Of a stretch of 64,000 nucleotides of DNA, positions 32,705 through 44,458 are shown piece after piece. Position 1 is the first letter of the stretch; the number at the start of each line of letters is the position of its first letter. The DNA is from Christensenellaceae bacterium (GTDB lineage: Bacteria; Bacillota; Clostridia; Christensenellales; Borkfalkiaceae). Below the pieces are notes generated by a model. That model did no database searches. It had not been told where the DNA came from and saw nothing but the letters and a program-made list of their open reading frames with translations. Both the position numbers and the translations under genes were made by a program. The stretch lies in NCBI GenBank assembly GCA_948658045.1, contig CAPMFN010000007.1, positions 16,865-80,864 on the forward strand, given 5' to 3'.

Positions 32705-35700
32705 ATGAATTTACCGGTTCACAAGTATGGCAAAACCGAAAGGAGAAAGTTCGGTAAAATAAACGAAGTCATAGACATTCCCGACCTTGTTGAAATTCAA
32801 AGGTCAAGCTATGACGCGTTTATGAAAGAGGGTATAGCCGAAGTTTTCGAAGACTTCATGCCTATAACTGACTACTCTGACCACTACGAGCTGTATTTCC
32901 TCGAACACTGGTTCGATGAAAAACCCAAGTACGACGAAAAGGAGTGCCGTAACCGCGACGCGACTTACGCGCTTCCTATGCACGTTAAAATCAGGCTCGT
33001 AAATAAAGTTAAGGATGAAGTTATCGACCAGCCCGTATTTATGGGAGAATTCCCCCTTATGACGGAAAGCGGTTCGTTTATAATCAACGGCGCCGAGCGT
33101 GTTATTGTTTCTCAGCTTGTCCGTTCCCCCGGTTCATACAACGCGTCGACAAGGGATAAGACGGGTAAGGAAATTTTCGGTACGACTGTTATTCCCAACA
33201 GGGGCGCTTGGCTTGAATTCGAGCAGGACGCTCAGGGCGTTCTTTGGGTTCACGTTGACAGGAAGCGTAAACTTTGCGCTACCGTCTTATTGCGCGCGCT
33301 CGGCTTCGGTTCCGACAGGGCGCTTTTAGACCTGTTCGCAAACGATAAAATGATTGAAAACACCATCGCGAAGGATACTACCAAATCCGAGAGCGACGGT
33401 CTTATAGAGCTTTACAGAAGGCTCCGCCCCGGCGAAGTGCCTACGGAAGCTTCGGTGCGTCAGCATCTCAACAATCTGTTCTTCGACCCTCGCCGTTACG
33501 ACGTGGTAAAAGTCGGCAGATACAAGTTCAATAAAAAACTTAATCTGGCGTACAGACTTCGCGGATGCAAGCTTGCCGAGGATATTTTCAACCCCGAAAC
33601 GGGCGAAATTCTCGCTCATGCAGGCGAAACGGTATCCGAGCCCAAAGCTATCGAAATTCAGGATTGCGGCGTGAACGAAGTGTTCGTACTTGTTTCGGAC
33701 GCGGCTCAGGGCGAAATCAAGCATAAAATAGTTGCAAACAACACCGTAAACTTCAGTTCTCTTTCTGATAAGAGTCATAAAGTTTTCGGTCTTTTGCCTA
33801 CCGTTTATTATCCCAACTTCAAATTTATGCAGGTTATTGCCGCAGAGTGCGCGAACGCAAAACCCGAAGAAGTCGCAGAAAAATTCCGCGACGATATTAA
33901 CGCTATTTACTACACTGCGGAAACTCCCGAAACCGAGGACGAAAAGCCCGAGGATAAGAAGAACAGGGAAAAACGCCGCGAAATGCGCATACGTTTCGTC
34001 GCAGGTTGCAAAAGGTTCAACGAACTTTTCAACTCCGATATAACCGAAATAGACGCAGACGATAAAAAGACGATTAAGCCCGTTATCGAAAAACTCAATC
34101 ACAAGCATATTACGGTGGACGATATCGTTGCGGCAATTTCTTCAAATATCGATTTGCAGTACGGTATCGGCACGATAGACAATATCGACCACCTCGGCAA
34201 CCGCCGTGTACGCTCTGTTGGCGAACTTTTACAGAACCAGCTCAGAATAGGTATCGCAAGGCTTGAAAAACTTATAAAAGAACGTATGGCTACGCAGGAC
34301 GCAATGGAAGTTACTCCTTCGGCTCTCGTAAACGTACGTCCCGTAACTGCGGTTATACGCGAGTTCTTCGGTTCTTCGCAGCTCTCGCAGTTTATGGACC
34401 AGACAAACCCTGCGGCAGAACTTACCCATAAACGTAAGCTTTCGGCGCTCGGTCCCGGCGGTCTTAACCGCGACAGGGCGACTTTCGAAGTGCGCGACGT
34501 TCACCACTCGCACTACGGCAGGCTCTGCCCCATAGAGACCCCCGAAGGTCAGAACATCGGTCTTATTTCATCGCTTGCAACTTTCTCGAAAGTCAACGAG
34601 TATGGCTTTATTATGAGCCCTTACAGAAAGGTTGAACACGATTTCGACGCAGACGGCAAGGTTACGGACACAAGGGTGACAGACCACGTCGATTATCTCA
34701 CCGCAGACGAAGAGGACAGATACATCGTAGCTCAGGCTAACGAACCTCTGGACGAAAACAACCGCTTTGTAAACAATCACATCGGCTGCCGTCACAGAGA
34801 TTTGATTACGCAGTATGCGCCCGAGAAAATGGACTATATGGACGTTTCGCCCAAACAGCTCGTTTCTGTCGCTACCGCGCTCATACCTTTCCTTGAAAAC
34901 GACGATACAAACCGTGCGCTTATGGGTTCGAACATGCAGCGTCAGGCGGTTCCTCTTATGAAGACTGAGAGCGCAATAGTTGCAACGGGTATCGAGGGCG
35001 CTATTGCAAGAGACAGCGGCGTTATGGTTCGCGCAAAGAACGCTGGCGTTGCTGTCGGCGTTGCTTCCGACTGCATTAAAATTCAGGAAGAAAACGGTCT
35101 TATCGCAGAATATCCGCTCAAAAAATTCGTTCGTTCCAACCAAGGCACCTGCCTCAATCAGCGTCCCATTATCAATACGGGCGACAGAGTGGAAGCAGGC
35201 GAAATAATTGCCGACGGTCCTGCAACCAGCAACGGCGAACTTGCGCTCGGTAAAAACATATTAATCGGTTATATGGAATGGGAAGGTTATAACTACGAAG
35301 ACGCTATCCTCATTTCCGAAAGACTTGTTCAGGAAGACGTATTCACGTCCATTCACATAGAAGAACACGAAACCGAGGCAAGGGACACTAAGCTCGGCGC
35401 CGAAGAAATAACAAGGGATATACCCAACGTTTCGGAAGACGCGCTTAAAGATTTGGACGCGGACGGTATTATAAGGGTCGGCGCAGAAGTTCAGCCCGGC
35501 GACATACTTGTAGGTAAAGTTACACCTAAGGGCGAAACTGAACTCACCCCCGAAGAAAGGCTTCTCCGCGCTATATTCGGCGAAAAATCGAGGGAAGTCA
35601 GAGATACCTCTTTGAAAGTTCCTCACGGCGAGGGCGGTATCGTAGTAGACGTAAAGGTATTCACCCGTGAAAACAAGGACGAGCTTTCCCCCGGCGTTTC

Positions 35701-36778
35701 CAAACTAGTAAGGGTTTACATCGCGCAGAAACGTAAAATTCAGGTCGGCGATAAAATGGCGGGACGTCACGGTAACAAGGGCGTTATTTCAAGGGTGCTT
35801 CCTCAGGCGGACATGCCTTTCCTTGCGGACGGTACTCCTTTGCAGATTGTTCTGAACCCTCTCGGCGTTCCTTCGCGTATGAATATCGGACAGGTTTTGG
35901 AAGTTCACCTCGGACTTGTCTGCAAACAGCTCGGCTGGAAAATCGCAACGCCTGTATTCGACGGCGCGACCGAACAGGATATAAAGAAGCTGTTCCAGGA
36001 AAACAACCTCATTAACCCCGAAGGCAAGGTTGACGGTAAAATACAGGTATACGACGGCAGAACGGGCGAACCTTTCGAAAACAGGGTTACGGTCGGCGTT
36101 CAGTATATGATTAAGCTTATTCACCTTGTTGACGATAAAATCCACGCAAGGTCTATAGGTCCTTACAGCCTTGTAACGCAGCAGCCCCTCGGCGGTAAAG
36201 CGCAGTTCGGCGGTCAGCGTTTCGGCGAAATGGAAGTTTGGGCGCTTGAAGCTTACGGCGCGGCGCATATTCTGCAGGAAATTCTTACGGTTAAGTCGGA
36301 CGATATCGTAGGACGTGTAAAAACTTACGAAAGCATCGTCAAGGGCAACAATATTTCCGAACCCGGTATACCCGAAGCGTTCAAAGTTCTTCTCAAAGAA
36401 TTGCAGTCGCTCGCTCTCGACGTAAAAGTACTTACCGAAAGCGGCGAGGAACTGATTATAAGAGAACTTGACGACGACGATGACGTAATACCTACGGCTA
36501 AGGCGAGAGAAGCGCAGGAAATCGAGGACAATATTCCCGAAACGGAATTCGATATTATCGACGGCAGCGTAGAGGACGACGATATCGACGAACCTATCTC
36601 GATATTCGATAACGACGAAGACGACTTCACAAGCAAAGAGCTGTTCGGCGGAGACGATTTGGACGACTTCGGCGACGACGATGACCTTGGCGATAAATTC
36701 ACCCTTTTCGACGAGGATGAAGAAGATGACGATTCTTTCAACCTTATCGGCGAAGACGATAACGGCGGCGAGGAATAA
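32705..36778 (+). CDS. rpoB: DNA-directed RNA polymerase subunit beta, with ~114-aa acidic C-terminal extension
   Basis: Hallmark blocks are present: [18 protein letters not shown], the rifampicin region [25 protein letters not shown] and [15 protein letters not shown] lies upstream. Confidence 0.97.
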   Translation: MNLPVHKYGKTERRKFGKINEVIDIPDLVEIQRSSYDAFMKEGIAEVFEDFMPITDYSDHYELYFLEHWFDEKPKYDEKECRNRDATYALPMHVKIRLVNKVKDEVIDQPVFMGEFPLMTESGSFIINGAERVIVSQLVRSPGSYNASTRDKTGKEIFGTTVIPNRGAWLEFEQDAQGVLWVHVDRKRKLCATVLLRALGFGSDRALLDLFANDKMIENTIAKDTTKSESDGLIELYRRLRPGEVPTEASVRQHLNNLFFDPRRYDVVKVGRYKFNKKLNLAYRLRGCKLAEDIFNPETGEILAHAGETVSEPKAIEIQDCGVNEVFVLVSDAAQGEIKHKIVANNTVNFSSLSDKSHKVFGLLPTVYYPNFKFMQVIAAECANAKPEEVAEKFRDDINAIYYTAETPETEDEKPEDKKNREKRREMRIRFVAGCKRFNELFNSDITEIDADDKKTIKPVIEKLNHKHITVDDIVAAISSNIDLQYGIGTIDNIDHLGNRRVRSVGELLQNQLRIGIARLEKLIKERMATQDAMEVTPSALVNVRPVTAVIREFFGSSQLSQFMDQTNPAAELTHKRKLSALGPGGLNRDRATFEVRDVHHSHYGRLCPIETPEGQNIGLISSLATFSKVNEYGFIMSPYRKVEHDFDADGKVTDTRVTDHVDYLTADEEDRYIVAQANEPLDENNRFVNNHIGCRHRDLITQYAPEKMDYMDVSPKQLVSVATALIPFLENDDTNRALMGSNMQRQAVPLMKTESAIVATGIEGAIARDSGVMVRAKNAGVAVGVASDCIKIQEENGLIAEYPLKKFVRSNQGTCLNQRPIINTGDRVEAGEIIADGPATSNGELALGKNILIGYMEWEGYNYEDAILISERLVQEDVFTSIHIEEHETEARDTKLGAEEITRDIPNVSEDALKDLDADGIIRVGAEVQPGDILVGKVTPKGETELTPEERLLRAIFGEKSREVRDTSLKVPHGEGGIVVDVKVFTRENKDELSPGVSKLVRVYIAQKRKIQVGDKMAGRHGNKGVISRVLPQADMPFLADGTPLQIVLNPLGVPSRMNIGQVLEVHLGLVCKQLGWKIATPVFDGATEQDIKKLFQENNLINPEGKVDGKIQVYDGRTGEPFENRVTVGVQYMIKLIHLVDDKIHARSIGPYSLVTQQPLGGKAQFGGQRFGEMEVWALEAYGAAHILQEILTVKSDDIVGRVKTYESIVKGNNISEPGIPEAFKVLLKELQSLALDVKVLTESGEELIIRELDDDDDVIPTAKAREAQEIEDNIPETEFDIIDGSVEDDDIDEPISIFDNDEDDFTSKELFGGDDLDDFGDDDDLGDKFTLFDEDEEDDDSFNLIGEDDNGGEE

Positions 36779-36791
36779 GGGAGGTCAATAA

Positions 36792-39700
36792 ATGTTTGAA
36801 TTAAACGATTTCAATTCAATTAAAATAAGCGTAGCTTCCCCCGAAAAAATCAGGGAACTTTCAAGGGGCGAAGTAACAAAGCCCGAAACCATAAATTACA
36901 GGACGCAAAAACCCGAAAAAGACGGACTTTTCTGCGAGCGTATTTTCGGACCTATGAAGGACTGGGAGTGCCATTGCGGTAAGTATAAACGCATTCGTTA
37001 TAAGGGCGTAATCTGCGAAAGGTGCGGCGTAGAAGTTACGCGTTCCAAAGTAAGAAGGGAAAGAATGGGACATATTGAGCTTGCTGCTCCCGTTTCCCAT
37101 ATCTGGTATTTCAGGGGCGTTCCTTCGAGAATAGGTCTTATTCTCGATATGAGTCCCAAGGCGCTTGAACAGGTAATTTATTTTGCCGCGTATGTCGTTA
37201 TCGATCCCGGCACAATTAAAACGCTTGAATACAAACAGGTCATAAACGATAAAGAACTGCGCGAAATAGAGGAAAAGTACGGCGACAGCGAAACCACAGG
37301 TTTAAAGGTGGGAATGGGCGCCGAAGCTATACGCGAGCTTTTAATGGCTGTTGACCTTGAAAAAGAATGCGAAGAAACAAAGAAAATTATAGATACAAGC
37401 ACCGCAAGCCAGAAGCGCGTTAAAGCGGTTAAAAGAATAGAGATTTTGGAAGCGTTCAGAAAGAGTGGCAACCGTCCCGAATGGATGGTTCTCACCGTTC
37501 TGCCCGTTCTTCCTCCCGAAATCCGTCCTATGGTACAGCTTGACGGCGGCAGGTTCGCTTCCTCCGACCTCAACGACCTGTACAGGCGCGTTATAAACAG
37601 AAACAACCGTTTGAAGAGAATGATTGAACTCGGCGCGCCCGATATGATTGTCAAAAACGAAAAGCGTATGCTTCAGGAAGCTGTTGACGCACTTATCGAC
37701 AACGGCAGACGCGGCAAAGCTTTGTCCGGTCCTTCAAACAGAGAGCTTAAATCGCTGTCCGGTATGCTCCGCGGTAAGCAGGGTCGTTTCCGTCAGAACC
37801 TTCTTGGCAAACGTGTAGACTATTCGGGACGTTCCGTTATCGTTGTCGGACCTGAACTTAAACTCTACCAGTGCGGACTTCCCAAGGAAATGGCAATAGA
37901 GCTTTTCAAGCCTTTCGTAATGAAAAAGCTTGTGGAAAGCGGTCAGTGCCACAATATCAAGAGCGCAAAGCGTACCGTCGAAAAGGCAAAACCTTTCGTA
38001 TGGGACGTTTTGGAAGAGGTTATCAAGGAACATCCCGTTCTTTTGAACCGTGCGCCCACACTGCACAGACTTTCTATTCAGGCGTTCGAGCCCGTACTTA
38101 TCGAGGGCAGAGCAATTAAAATTCACCCCCTCGTATGTACTGCGTTTAACGCGGACTTCGACGGCGACCAGATGGCTGTTCACGTTCCCCTTTCTGTCGA
38201 GGCTCAGGCGGAAGCAAGATATCTTATGCTTTCTTCCAATAATATTTTGAAACTTTCTGACGGTAAACCCGTTATGCAACCCTCGCAGGATATGGTTATG
38301 GGCGCTTATTACCTTACCATACTGAGGCGCGAAGAGGGTAAATTCTACCGTTGGAGCGGCGACAGATATTACGAGTGTTCGGAAAACGAAGAGGGCGCGG
38401 AAAAATACGTTCCCAACGCTTATATTTCCGAAGACGAGGCTATGATTGCCTACCAGCTCAAATTAATCCATATGCAGGACGAAATTTATGTCCGCAGGAC
38501 GGTTACCGTTGACGACGTAACTTCGCCTTACAATGGTCAGAAAGTTACGGGCAGGGTTAAAACTTCGGTCGGCAGAATTATATTCAACGCTCAGATGCCT
38601 CAGGATTTGGGATTTGTAAAGCGTGAAAAGCCCGAAGATTATCTCAAATACGAAATTTCTTACGAATTCCTCGGTTCGGCGGTAGCAGTCGGCAAGAAAC
38701 AGCTCGGTAAAATAGTAGAGCGCTGTTTCAAAACAGGCGGCGCGCCGAGGGCGGCGGATATCCTCGATAAAATCAAGACCCTCGGTTATAAGTATTCAAC
38801 GGTCGGCGCTATCACAACTTCGGTGTTCGATATGCACATTCCCGACGCTAAGAAAGCTATCGTGGAAGAGACCGAAGCAAATGTAATAAAAATCGAAAAG
38901 AAATATCAGCGCGGACTTCTCCGTGAAGAAGAGCGCTACAACGCCGTTATCAACGCGTGGGACGATGCAACGGACAAAGTTACCGACGCATTGAAGAAAT
39001 CTCTCGATAAATTCAATCCTATATGGATGATGGCAAATTCGGGTGCCCGCGGTTCAATCGACCAGATGAAACAGCTTTCCGGTATGCGCGGACTGATGGT
39101 TAACCCTCAGGGTAAGAAAATCGAAGTCCCCGTTAAATCGTGTTTCAGGCAGGGATTGTCCGTTCTCGAATACTTCATTTCGTCGCATGGCGGACGTAAA
39201 GGTCTTGCGGATACAGCGCTTAAAACGGCTGACTCGGGTTATCTTACCCGTAGGCTCGTCGACGTTTCACAGGACGTTATCGTCCGTGAAGACGACTGTA
39301 TGGCAGGAAGTAAAAAGCCGCGCGGCATGGTAGTAAGGTCTATTATCGGACCCAACGGCGAGGTTATTGAGGGACTTGAAGACAGAATTCAGGGCAGATT
39401 TGTAGCGGAAGACGTTAAGGACAAGAGAGGGAACGTGCTTGTTCCTATGAACGGTTTTGTCAGCGACGTGCTTGCAAAGGAAATTGTTGCAGCCGGAATT
39501 GAAGAAGTTGCAATCCGTTCGGTATTCACTTGCAATTCGCGTTTCGGCGTGTGCGCAAAATGCTACGGTAAAAATATGGCAACCAATACGCCCGTACAGA
39601 CTGGCGAAGCGGTCGGCGTAATTGCGGCGCAGTCAATCGGCGAACCCGGTACCCAGCTTACCATGCGTACTTTCCATACGGGCGGTATAGCTGCAACGGG

Positions 39701-40469
39701 CGATATTACGCAGGGTCTTCCTCGTGTAGAAGAACTGTTCGAAGCGAGAAAACCCAAGGGCTGTGCGACGCTTTGCGAAGTTTCCGGCGTTGTTGCCGTT
39801 GACGACAAAGACAACCTCAAACATGTGGTTGTACGCGACCCCGTTACGAAAGAAGTCAAGAAAGAGTATTCTCTGCCGTTCAATGCCGAGCTTCATGTAA
39901 AGACGGGCGATACCGTTCAGCCCGGCACCGTTCTTAACGCCGGTTCGGTATATCCTCAGGACATTTTAAGGGTATCGGGCGTAAAGGGCGTTCAGGACTA
40001 TATACTTGAACAGGTTCAGTCCGTTTACCGTTCTCAGGGCGTTGACATCAACGATAAACACGTTGAAATAATCGTCCGCCAGATGCTCCGCAAAGTAAGA
40101 ATTGAGAGCGCAGGCTCGACAAATCTTCTGCCCGGCGAAACGGTCGATATGTTTACTGTTGAAGAGGAAAACCGTCAGGCTATTGAGCAGGGCGGAACTC
40201 CTGCATTGCAGAAGCGCGTGCTTCTCGGCATCACCAAGGCGGCGCTGTCTACCGACAGCTTCCTGTCGGCAGCTTCATTCCAGGAGACGGCAAGGGTTCT
40301 TACGGACGCGGCTATCAAGAATAAGGTTGACCCTTTAATCGGACTTAAAGAGAACGTTATTATCGGTAAACTTATTCCTGCCGGTACGGGCGTAAAGGAA
40401 TATAAAAATATGTCCCCCGTAATTGCCCCTGGTTTCAACAGTATGGTTGACCCTGCGGATAAAATTTAA
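36792..40469 (+). CDS. rpoC: DNA-directed RNA polymerase subunit beta'
   Basis: A zinc-binding [14 protein letters not shown], the catalytic motif [12 protein letters not shown], and a GGGAGG RBS. Confidence 0.97.
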   Translation: MFELNDFNSIKISVASPEKIRELSRGEVTKPETINYRTQKPEKDGLFCERIFGPMKDWECHCGKYKRIRYKGVICERCGVEVTRSKVRRERMGHIELAAPVSHIWYFRGVPSRIGLILDMSPKALEQVIYFAAYVVIDPGTIKTLEYKQVINDKELREIEEKYGDSETTGLKVGMGAEAIRELLMAVDLEKECEETKKIIDTSTASQKRVKAVKRIEILEAFRKSGNRPEWMVLTVLPVLPPEIRPMVQLDGGRFASSDLNDLYRRVINRNNRLKRMIELGAPDMIVKNEKRMLQEAVDALIDNGRRGKALSGPSNRELKSLSGMLRGKQGRFRQNLLGKRVDYSGRSVIVVGPELKLYQCGLPKEMAIELFKPFVMKKLVESGQCHNIKSAKRTVEKAKPFVWDVLEEVIKEHPVLLNRAPTLHRLSIQAFEPVLIEGRAIKIHPLVCTAFNADFDGDQMAVHVPLSVEAQAEARYLMLSSNNILKLSDGKPVMQPSQDMVMGAYYLTILRREEGKFYRWSGDRYYECSENEEGAEKYVPNAYISEDEAMIAYQLKLIHMQDEIYVRRTVTVDDVTSPYNGQKVTGRVKTSVGRIIFNAQMPQDLGFVKREKPEDYLKYEISYEFLGSAVAVGKKQLGKIVERCFKTGGAPRAADILDKIKTLGYKYSTVGAITTSVFDMHIPDAKKAIVEETEANVIKIEKKYQRGLLREEERYNAVINAWDDATDKVTDALKKSLDKFNPIWMMANSGARGSIDQMKQLSGMRGLMVNPQGKKIEVPVKSCFRQGLSVLEYFISSHGGRKGLADTALKTADSGYLTRRLVDVSQDVIVREDDCMAGSKKPRGMVVRSIIGPNGEVIEGLEDRIQGRFVAEDVKDKRGNVLVPMNGFVSDVLAKEIVAAGIEEVAIRSVFTCNSRFGVCAKCYGKNMATNTPVQTGEAVGVIAAQSIGEPGTQLTMRTFHTGGIAATGDITQGLPRVEELFEARKPKGCATLCEVSGVVAVDDKDNLKHVVVRDPVTKEVKKEYSLPFNAELHVKTGDTVQPGTVLNAGSVYPQDILRVSGVKGVQDYILEQVQSVYRSQGVDINDKHVEIIVRQMLRKVRIESAGSTNLLPGETVDMFTVEEENRQAIEQGGTPALQKRVLLGITKAALSTDSFLSAASFQETARVLTDAAIKNKVDPLIGLKENVIIGKLIPAGTGVKEYKNMSPVIAPGFNSMVDPADKI

Positions 40470-40477
40470 TTAAATTT

Positions 40478-40510
40478 AAGCGGCGCAGATTTAATCTGCG
40501 CCGCTTTTTA
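40478..40510 (+). terminator. rpoC terminator
   Basis: AGCGGCGCAGA-TTTAA-TCTGCGCCGCT followed by TTTTT. Confidence 0.8.
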
Positions 40511-40521
40511 GCCTTAATTCA

Positions 40522-40563
40522 AATAATGAGGCGCAGGGGTATATGCCCTACGCCTCATTTTTA
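40522..40563. terminator. second hairpin terminator (serves rpoC and/or the convergent DUF368 gene)
   Basis: AATGAGGCG..AGGG..CCCT..CGCCTCATT followed by TTTTT. Confidence 0.55.
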
Positions 40564-40620
40564 AGTTTAGTCTTATTGGAAAGGCTGATTTGAAGCCGTT
40601 TTGAAAACTCATTTGTCATA

Positions 40621-41496
40621 TCAAATTCTGTCTTTACGGTTGCGCGCTTCCGCATATGCAGTAACCGCATAGCTTGCTATTACGCCTGCAAGACATAAAA
40701 TTGCGCCTGCCGCAATCTGAATGCCGTCAATAGGCGCGGAAGTAAATTCCTCAGTCAGACACAGCGCAGGTATAGAGCCGATAACAAAGCCCATTATCGC
40801 CCAACCCGTGCCGCGCGGAAATTTCTTCAATAAAAATTTCATAAGCTTCGCAATGCTGAAAAATCCTACTATAAGACCTAATGCAAAGAGCGCAAGAACC
40901 AAAACCGAATGTCCGAAATCGTTAAAAAGCGCCGACACGGTGTCAAGAATGGGTGTGTAGTAACCTAAGACAAGCAGAAGAAGCGAACCGCTTACGCCGG
41001 GTACTACGAGCGCGCAAGAGGCGATTGCACCTATTAAAATGAGGACAAAATAACCCCATATGGGCATAGTCGCGCTTAAATCGGCGTGTCCCAATTGCGG
41101 TATGAAACATATGCCTATAACGAAAGCCAACGGCAGTATAAGCGAAACTGCGTCTATAGGCTTAAATCCTTTTTTTAACGTGTCCTTGAATAATTTCGGA
41201 CACGACCCAAGCATAAGACCGGCAAACAGCAGAATCGTCGGTATAGGGGCGTATTGAATAGCGTACTTCAACGGAAAATACAGCGCCGCAATGCCTAAAA
41301 GCGCGCCGATTACAATCGGCAGTAAAAACATAAAGCTGTTTTTGAAATCGCGCCGCAAATCGCTTATAGCGTTTATAAGCCTGTCGTAGACTTTAAAAAG
41401 AACGGCAATGGTTCCGCCGCTTACGCCGGGTATTATCATTGCCACGCCTATTGCCGCGCCGAGTCCGGTGTTTTTGAAAAATTCTTTTATTTTCAT
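40621..41496 (-). CDS. DUF368-family membrane protein (family reported as undecaprenyl-phosphate translocase, PopT-like)
   Basis: The duplicated motif GVSGGTIAVL / VPGVSGSLLLLVLGYY and ~8 TM helices. Confidence 0.75.
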   Translation of the reverse strand: MKIKEFFKNTGLGAAIGVAMIIPGVSGGTIAVLFKVYDRLINAISDLRRDFKNSFMFLLPIVIGALLGIAALYFPLKYAIQYAPIPTILLFAGLMLGSCPKLFKDTLKKGFKPIDAVSLILPLAFVIGICFIPQLGHADLSATMPIWGYFVLILIGAIASCALVVPGVSGSLLLLVLGYYTPILDTVSALFNDFGHSVLVLALFALGLIVGFFSIAKLMKFLLKKFPRGTGWAIMGFVIGSIPALCLTEEFTSAPIDGIQIAAGAILCLAGVIASYAVTAYAEARNRKDRI

Positions 41497-41807
41497 ACAA
41501 ATATTTTATAGTTTATTTTTGCCGATTATTAACGTATTATTCGGTAGTAAAAATTACAATATGACCGTTTACGGTGTATTTTATAGCGATTAAAGCAAGG
41601 ACAACAGAATTGTCATTGCTTTTTTATTGCGTTTTTTCATAATGAAGCTACGGTAAACAGTAATTTAGCTGACGGAATATGTAATAAAGAGAACCTTTTA
41701 TGATAAAAAAGTTTAAAGACGAATACAAAATTTTATATATTATTTTAATTGTTTTGATTTAATTGTTCAGACGCGCTTAAATAATAAATTTCATTTGTTG
41801 CCTGCGC

Positions 41808-41858
41808 CGAAAAATCATAGCGCACTGTACTTCGAAATGAAGTAGTGCGCTATTTGTT
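41808..41858. terminator. long hairpin terminator downstream of the ferredoxin gene
   Basis: The stem ATAGCGCACT..TACTTC / GAAGTA..AGTGCGCTAT is flanked by A- and T-runs. Confidence 0.6.
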
Positions 41859-41894
41859 TATCCATAAAAAATCTATGACAGACACCCGTTAAAG

Positions 41895-42857
41895 TCAGGT
41901 TTTATTTTGTATATAGTCATACACGTTTATTCCTGCCTCGGCAAGCATTTCGTCGCACTCTTTATAATACTTTTTATAAAGCCTGTATATGCCTTTGGCA
42001 TGTTCGGGAACGTAAGGGAATGGAATGTTCTCGTCATCTTTAAGCTTTTCGACTTCGTAGCTACCGTGCACTTTCCAAAGCCCGAAAACTCCTACATTTA
42101 TTGCGTCCATAGGGCAACCGAAAGAGCAACCCATGCAAAGCACGCAATTATGTCCGAATTTATACTTTCCGTTTTTAATCTGAATATTGTCCGTAGGGCA
42201 GACGTTTACGCACCTGTTGCATTTAATACATTTTTTACTGTTTACTTTAAAAGCCGGACCGTGCAAATGCGCAAATTTCTGTTCAAGAAAGCGTATGGGG
42301 GGACAGTAGAACTGTTTAAAAAACGGCAGGTCTACTTTCTCGCGCTTGTCCGCAAGCAGGTCTCTGCACGACAAGTCGACTAAGGCGTGAGCGTAAATCC
42401 ACATCTGCTTCGCCATTTCGTCCGTATGACGGTAAATCATATTGTAAGGCATTACAATGTGGCGTTCTGAAACCACGTCATAGCCTTTTTTCTTTAAAAT
42501 TTTAATGCATTTCTGGGAAGAACAGTCGTTAATGTGCAGTCCCTCGCCCGATGTTTTGAATATAAACGTGCGCTTTTTGTCCGTCTTAGGCAAAGCTTTG
42601 CAAAGCCTGATTGTGGGTTCGGGAGCTGAAAAACCGTGTATGGGATAGCCAATCCCAACCAAATCGTATTCGTCGGGGTTTGGTATTTCGCCGCTTTTTG
42701 CCGAAATGCGGTAGATATCTACCGATGCGGAGGCGTCGCTTTCCGACGCCTCCGCATCAGCATTAGAAGCTGTATGTTCTTGTAAAAACTTTTTATAGAG
42801 CCCCGCAACTTTTAGCGTGTTGCCCGTTCCCGAAAAAACGTATAAAATTACTTTCAT
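41895..42857 (-). CDS. EFR1-family ferredoxin (flavodoxin-like N-domain + 2x[4Fe-4S] motif)
   Basis: MKVILYVFSGTGNT at the N-terminus, then CIKCNRCVNVCP and CVLCMGCSFGCP. Confidence 0.8.
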   Translation of the reverse strand: MKVILYVFSGTGNTLKVAGLYKKFLQEHTASNADAEASESDASASVDIYRISAKSGEIPNPDEYDLVGIGYPIHGFSAPEPTIRLCKALPKTDKKRTFIFKTSGEGLHINDCSSQKCIKILKKKGYDVVSERHIVMPYNMIYRHTDEMAKQMWIYAHALVDLSCRDLLADKREKVDLPFFKQFYCPPIRFLEQKFAHLHGPAFKVNSKKCIKCNRCVNVCPTDNIQIKNGKYKFGHNCVLCMGCSFGCPMDAINVGVFGLWKVHGSYEVEKLKDDENIPFPYVPEHAKGIYRLYKKYYKECDEMLAEAGINVYDYIQNKT

Positions 42858-44416
42858 TTTTTTATGAAATCTTCTTCGTGGTCGGTAAAAGGATAAGTGT
42901 CGTCTGTTTCGCTTTTATCGTGAGAGTCGAAATAAACCTGCCCGTAGAAAGGAATGTCGGCAATTTTGCCGTAACGCCAGGGCTTGGGTTCGCAGCAGTG
43001 CGGACACCAATAACCGCCTTTCAAAACGGTGTAGGGGTTCAAAGTGAACTTATGACCCTCGCGGCATTCCCAAAGCACCTTGTCGTAAAGATTTCCGCTG
43101 TACTCGGCTGAAAGGCATTTTCCTTTGCGGAAAGCGGCGGCCTCCTGCAAATCTTTTAAGTCGATGTACTTTAACGGTTTGCTTTCGTCATAGCCGTGTT
43201 CGAGAAGCTTGGGTTTGGCGTTTTCGATGTTTTTCAGCGCTTTATAATCTACGTCGGAGCCGTCTTCCAATTTGCCTTCGCAAAGAAGAGGATAGTCTTC
43301 CCATTTATCAGGCAGGTTTTCATATGTCTCCCTGCTGTAAAAGAAAGCCCGTACGCGCCCTTCTTTTCCGTGTTTTAGCCAATACATAGGCGAGTTTGTA
43401 TTTCTGAATAGCCTTTGTATCGCCAGCTTGGAGATGAACGAAGCAGGAACTATTTTGCCCAACTTGAAGTACCAGTACTTTTTGCGCATGCGGTTCCAGT
43501 GGTCTTCGTTCGTTTCTGTGCGGAAATGAAGGTAATTTTCAAGCTCGTCGCTGTCATAGAACCAGCCGCCGTGGAAGTTGCGTATTGCGTTCCAGTTGGG
43601 TTTAAAGAATTTTTTTGCGCTTCTGCCCATAAGCTGAAAGCCTTCTTCAAGCGTTTCAAAACCGGTGACGCGGCACTTATCGCCTCCGCCTATATTGTAT
43701 ACCCTGTTCCAAAATCCGTCAAGCTCTCCGCGCATGTCGTTTTCAACTAAATTTTTACAAAGTATTCCGCTGTCCACGTCTGTAACCCATTCCAGCGAAC
43801 AGTTCCATGTGGTATGGAACATCAGACCGTCTTTAAGGTTGTTTTTGAACATATACTTGTGAAGAACGGCTGTCTGCCGCAAAGAAACAAATTTTTTAAG
43901 TCCGCTTTCAAGAACATATTTCTCGGCTTTGAGTTTATGCATCGAATAAACGTCATAGTCGCTTGAAATCATCGGGTCGCCCACTCTAATCCAGACGTGG
44001 GGGTAGGCGCGGTGCCCGTACATAGCAACGGTGGCGATGTGAACATAACCTATTTCTTTTTCCCTGCCGCACGCTATAATAGCGTCCACAATGTTTTTTG
44101 TGCCTATGTAATTGCTTCTGTAAGTCCCTACAGGGTCGTGGTCTGATTTGGGTGGTATAAGCGAAGCGCAGTTTATCACATAGTCAGCACCGTCTATTAG
44201 GTGGGCGCAGTCGTCGTACCGCGCAATGTCGCCTTTAAAAGCGTATATTCTGTCCCCGTATTTTTTTAACGTTTTCCTGACGAAAGAGGGTATGCGTTTT
44301 TCTTCTTCAAACAGTATACATCTTACTTTAAAATTTTCCTTCGATGACATAAGGCTTGCAAGCACTTCGCCGCCCATGGCGCCGCTTGTACCCGTCAACG
44401 CTATAACTTTACTCAT
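42854..44416 (-). CDS. extended SDR (NAD-dependent epimerase/dehydratase-like) with ~250-aa C-terminal extension ending in a zinc-ribbon-like motif
   Basis: GTSGAMGGEV forms the Rossmann motif and YSMHK is the YxxxK motif. The C-terminal region has WECREGHKF...YWCPHCC. An ATGA start/stop overlap links it to the ferredoxin gene. Confidence 0.7.
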   Translation of the reverse strand: MSKVIALTGTSGAMGGEVLASLMSSKENFKVRCILFEEEKRIPSFVRKTLKKYGDRIYAFKGDIARYDDCAHLIDGADYVINCASLIPPKSDHDPVGTYRSNYIGTKNIVDAIIACGREKEIGYVHIATVAMYGHRAYPHVWIRVGDPMISSDYDVYSMHKLKAEKYVLESGLKKFVSLRQTAVLHKYMFKNNLKDGLMFHTTWNCSLEWVTDVDSGILCKNLVENDMRGELDGFWNRVYNIGGGDKCRVTGFETLEEGFQLMGRSAKKFFKPNWNAIRNFHGGWFYDSDELENYLHFRTETNEDHWNRMRKKYWYFKLGKIVPASFISKLAIQRLFRNTNSPMYWLKHGKEGRVRAFFYSRETYENLPDKWEDYPLLCEGKLEDGSDVDYKALKNIENAKPKLLEHGYDESKPLKYIDLKDLQEAAAFRKGKCLSAEYSGNLYDKVLWECREGHKFTLNPYTVLKGGYWCPHCCEPKPWRYGKIADIPFYGQVYFDSHDKSETDDTYPFTDHEEDFIKK

Positions 44417-44458
44417 TACGTCCGTCCTTAAAATTAATCGTACTTCAAACCGTAAAAA

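Noticed and set aside
33326-34108. A 260-aa minus-strand ORF inside rpoB. Many similar antisense ORFs lie inside rpoC, pepV, radA, the ABC permease, ligA, the topoisomerase genes and the flotillin gene.
   Set aside because: They lie fully within genes that carry unmistakable conserved motifs on the other strand. They have no RBS and unprotein-like composition.
36325-36741. A 138-aa poly-Ser minus-strand ORF.
   Set aside because: It is the antisense mirror of the GAN-rich acidic tail of rpoB.
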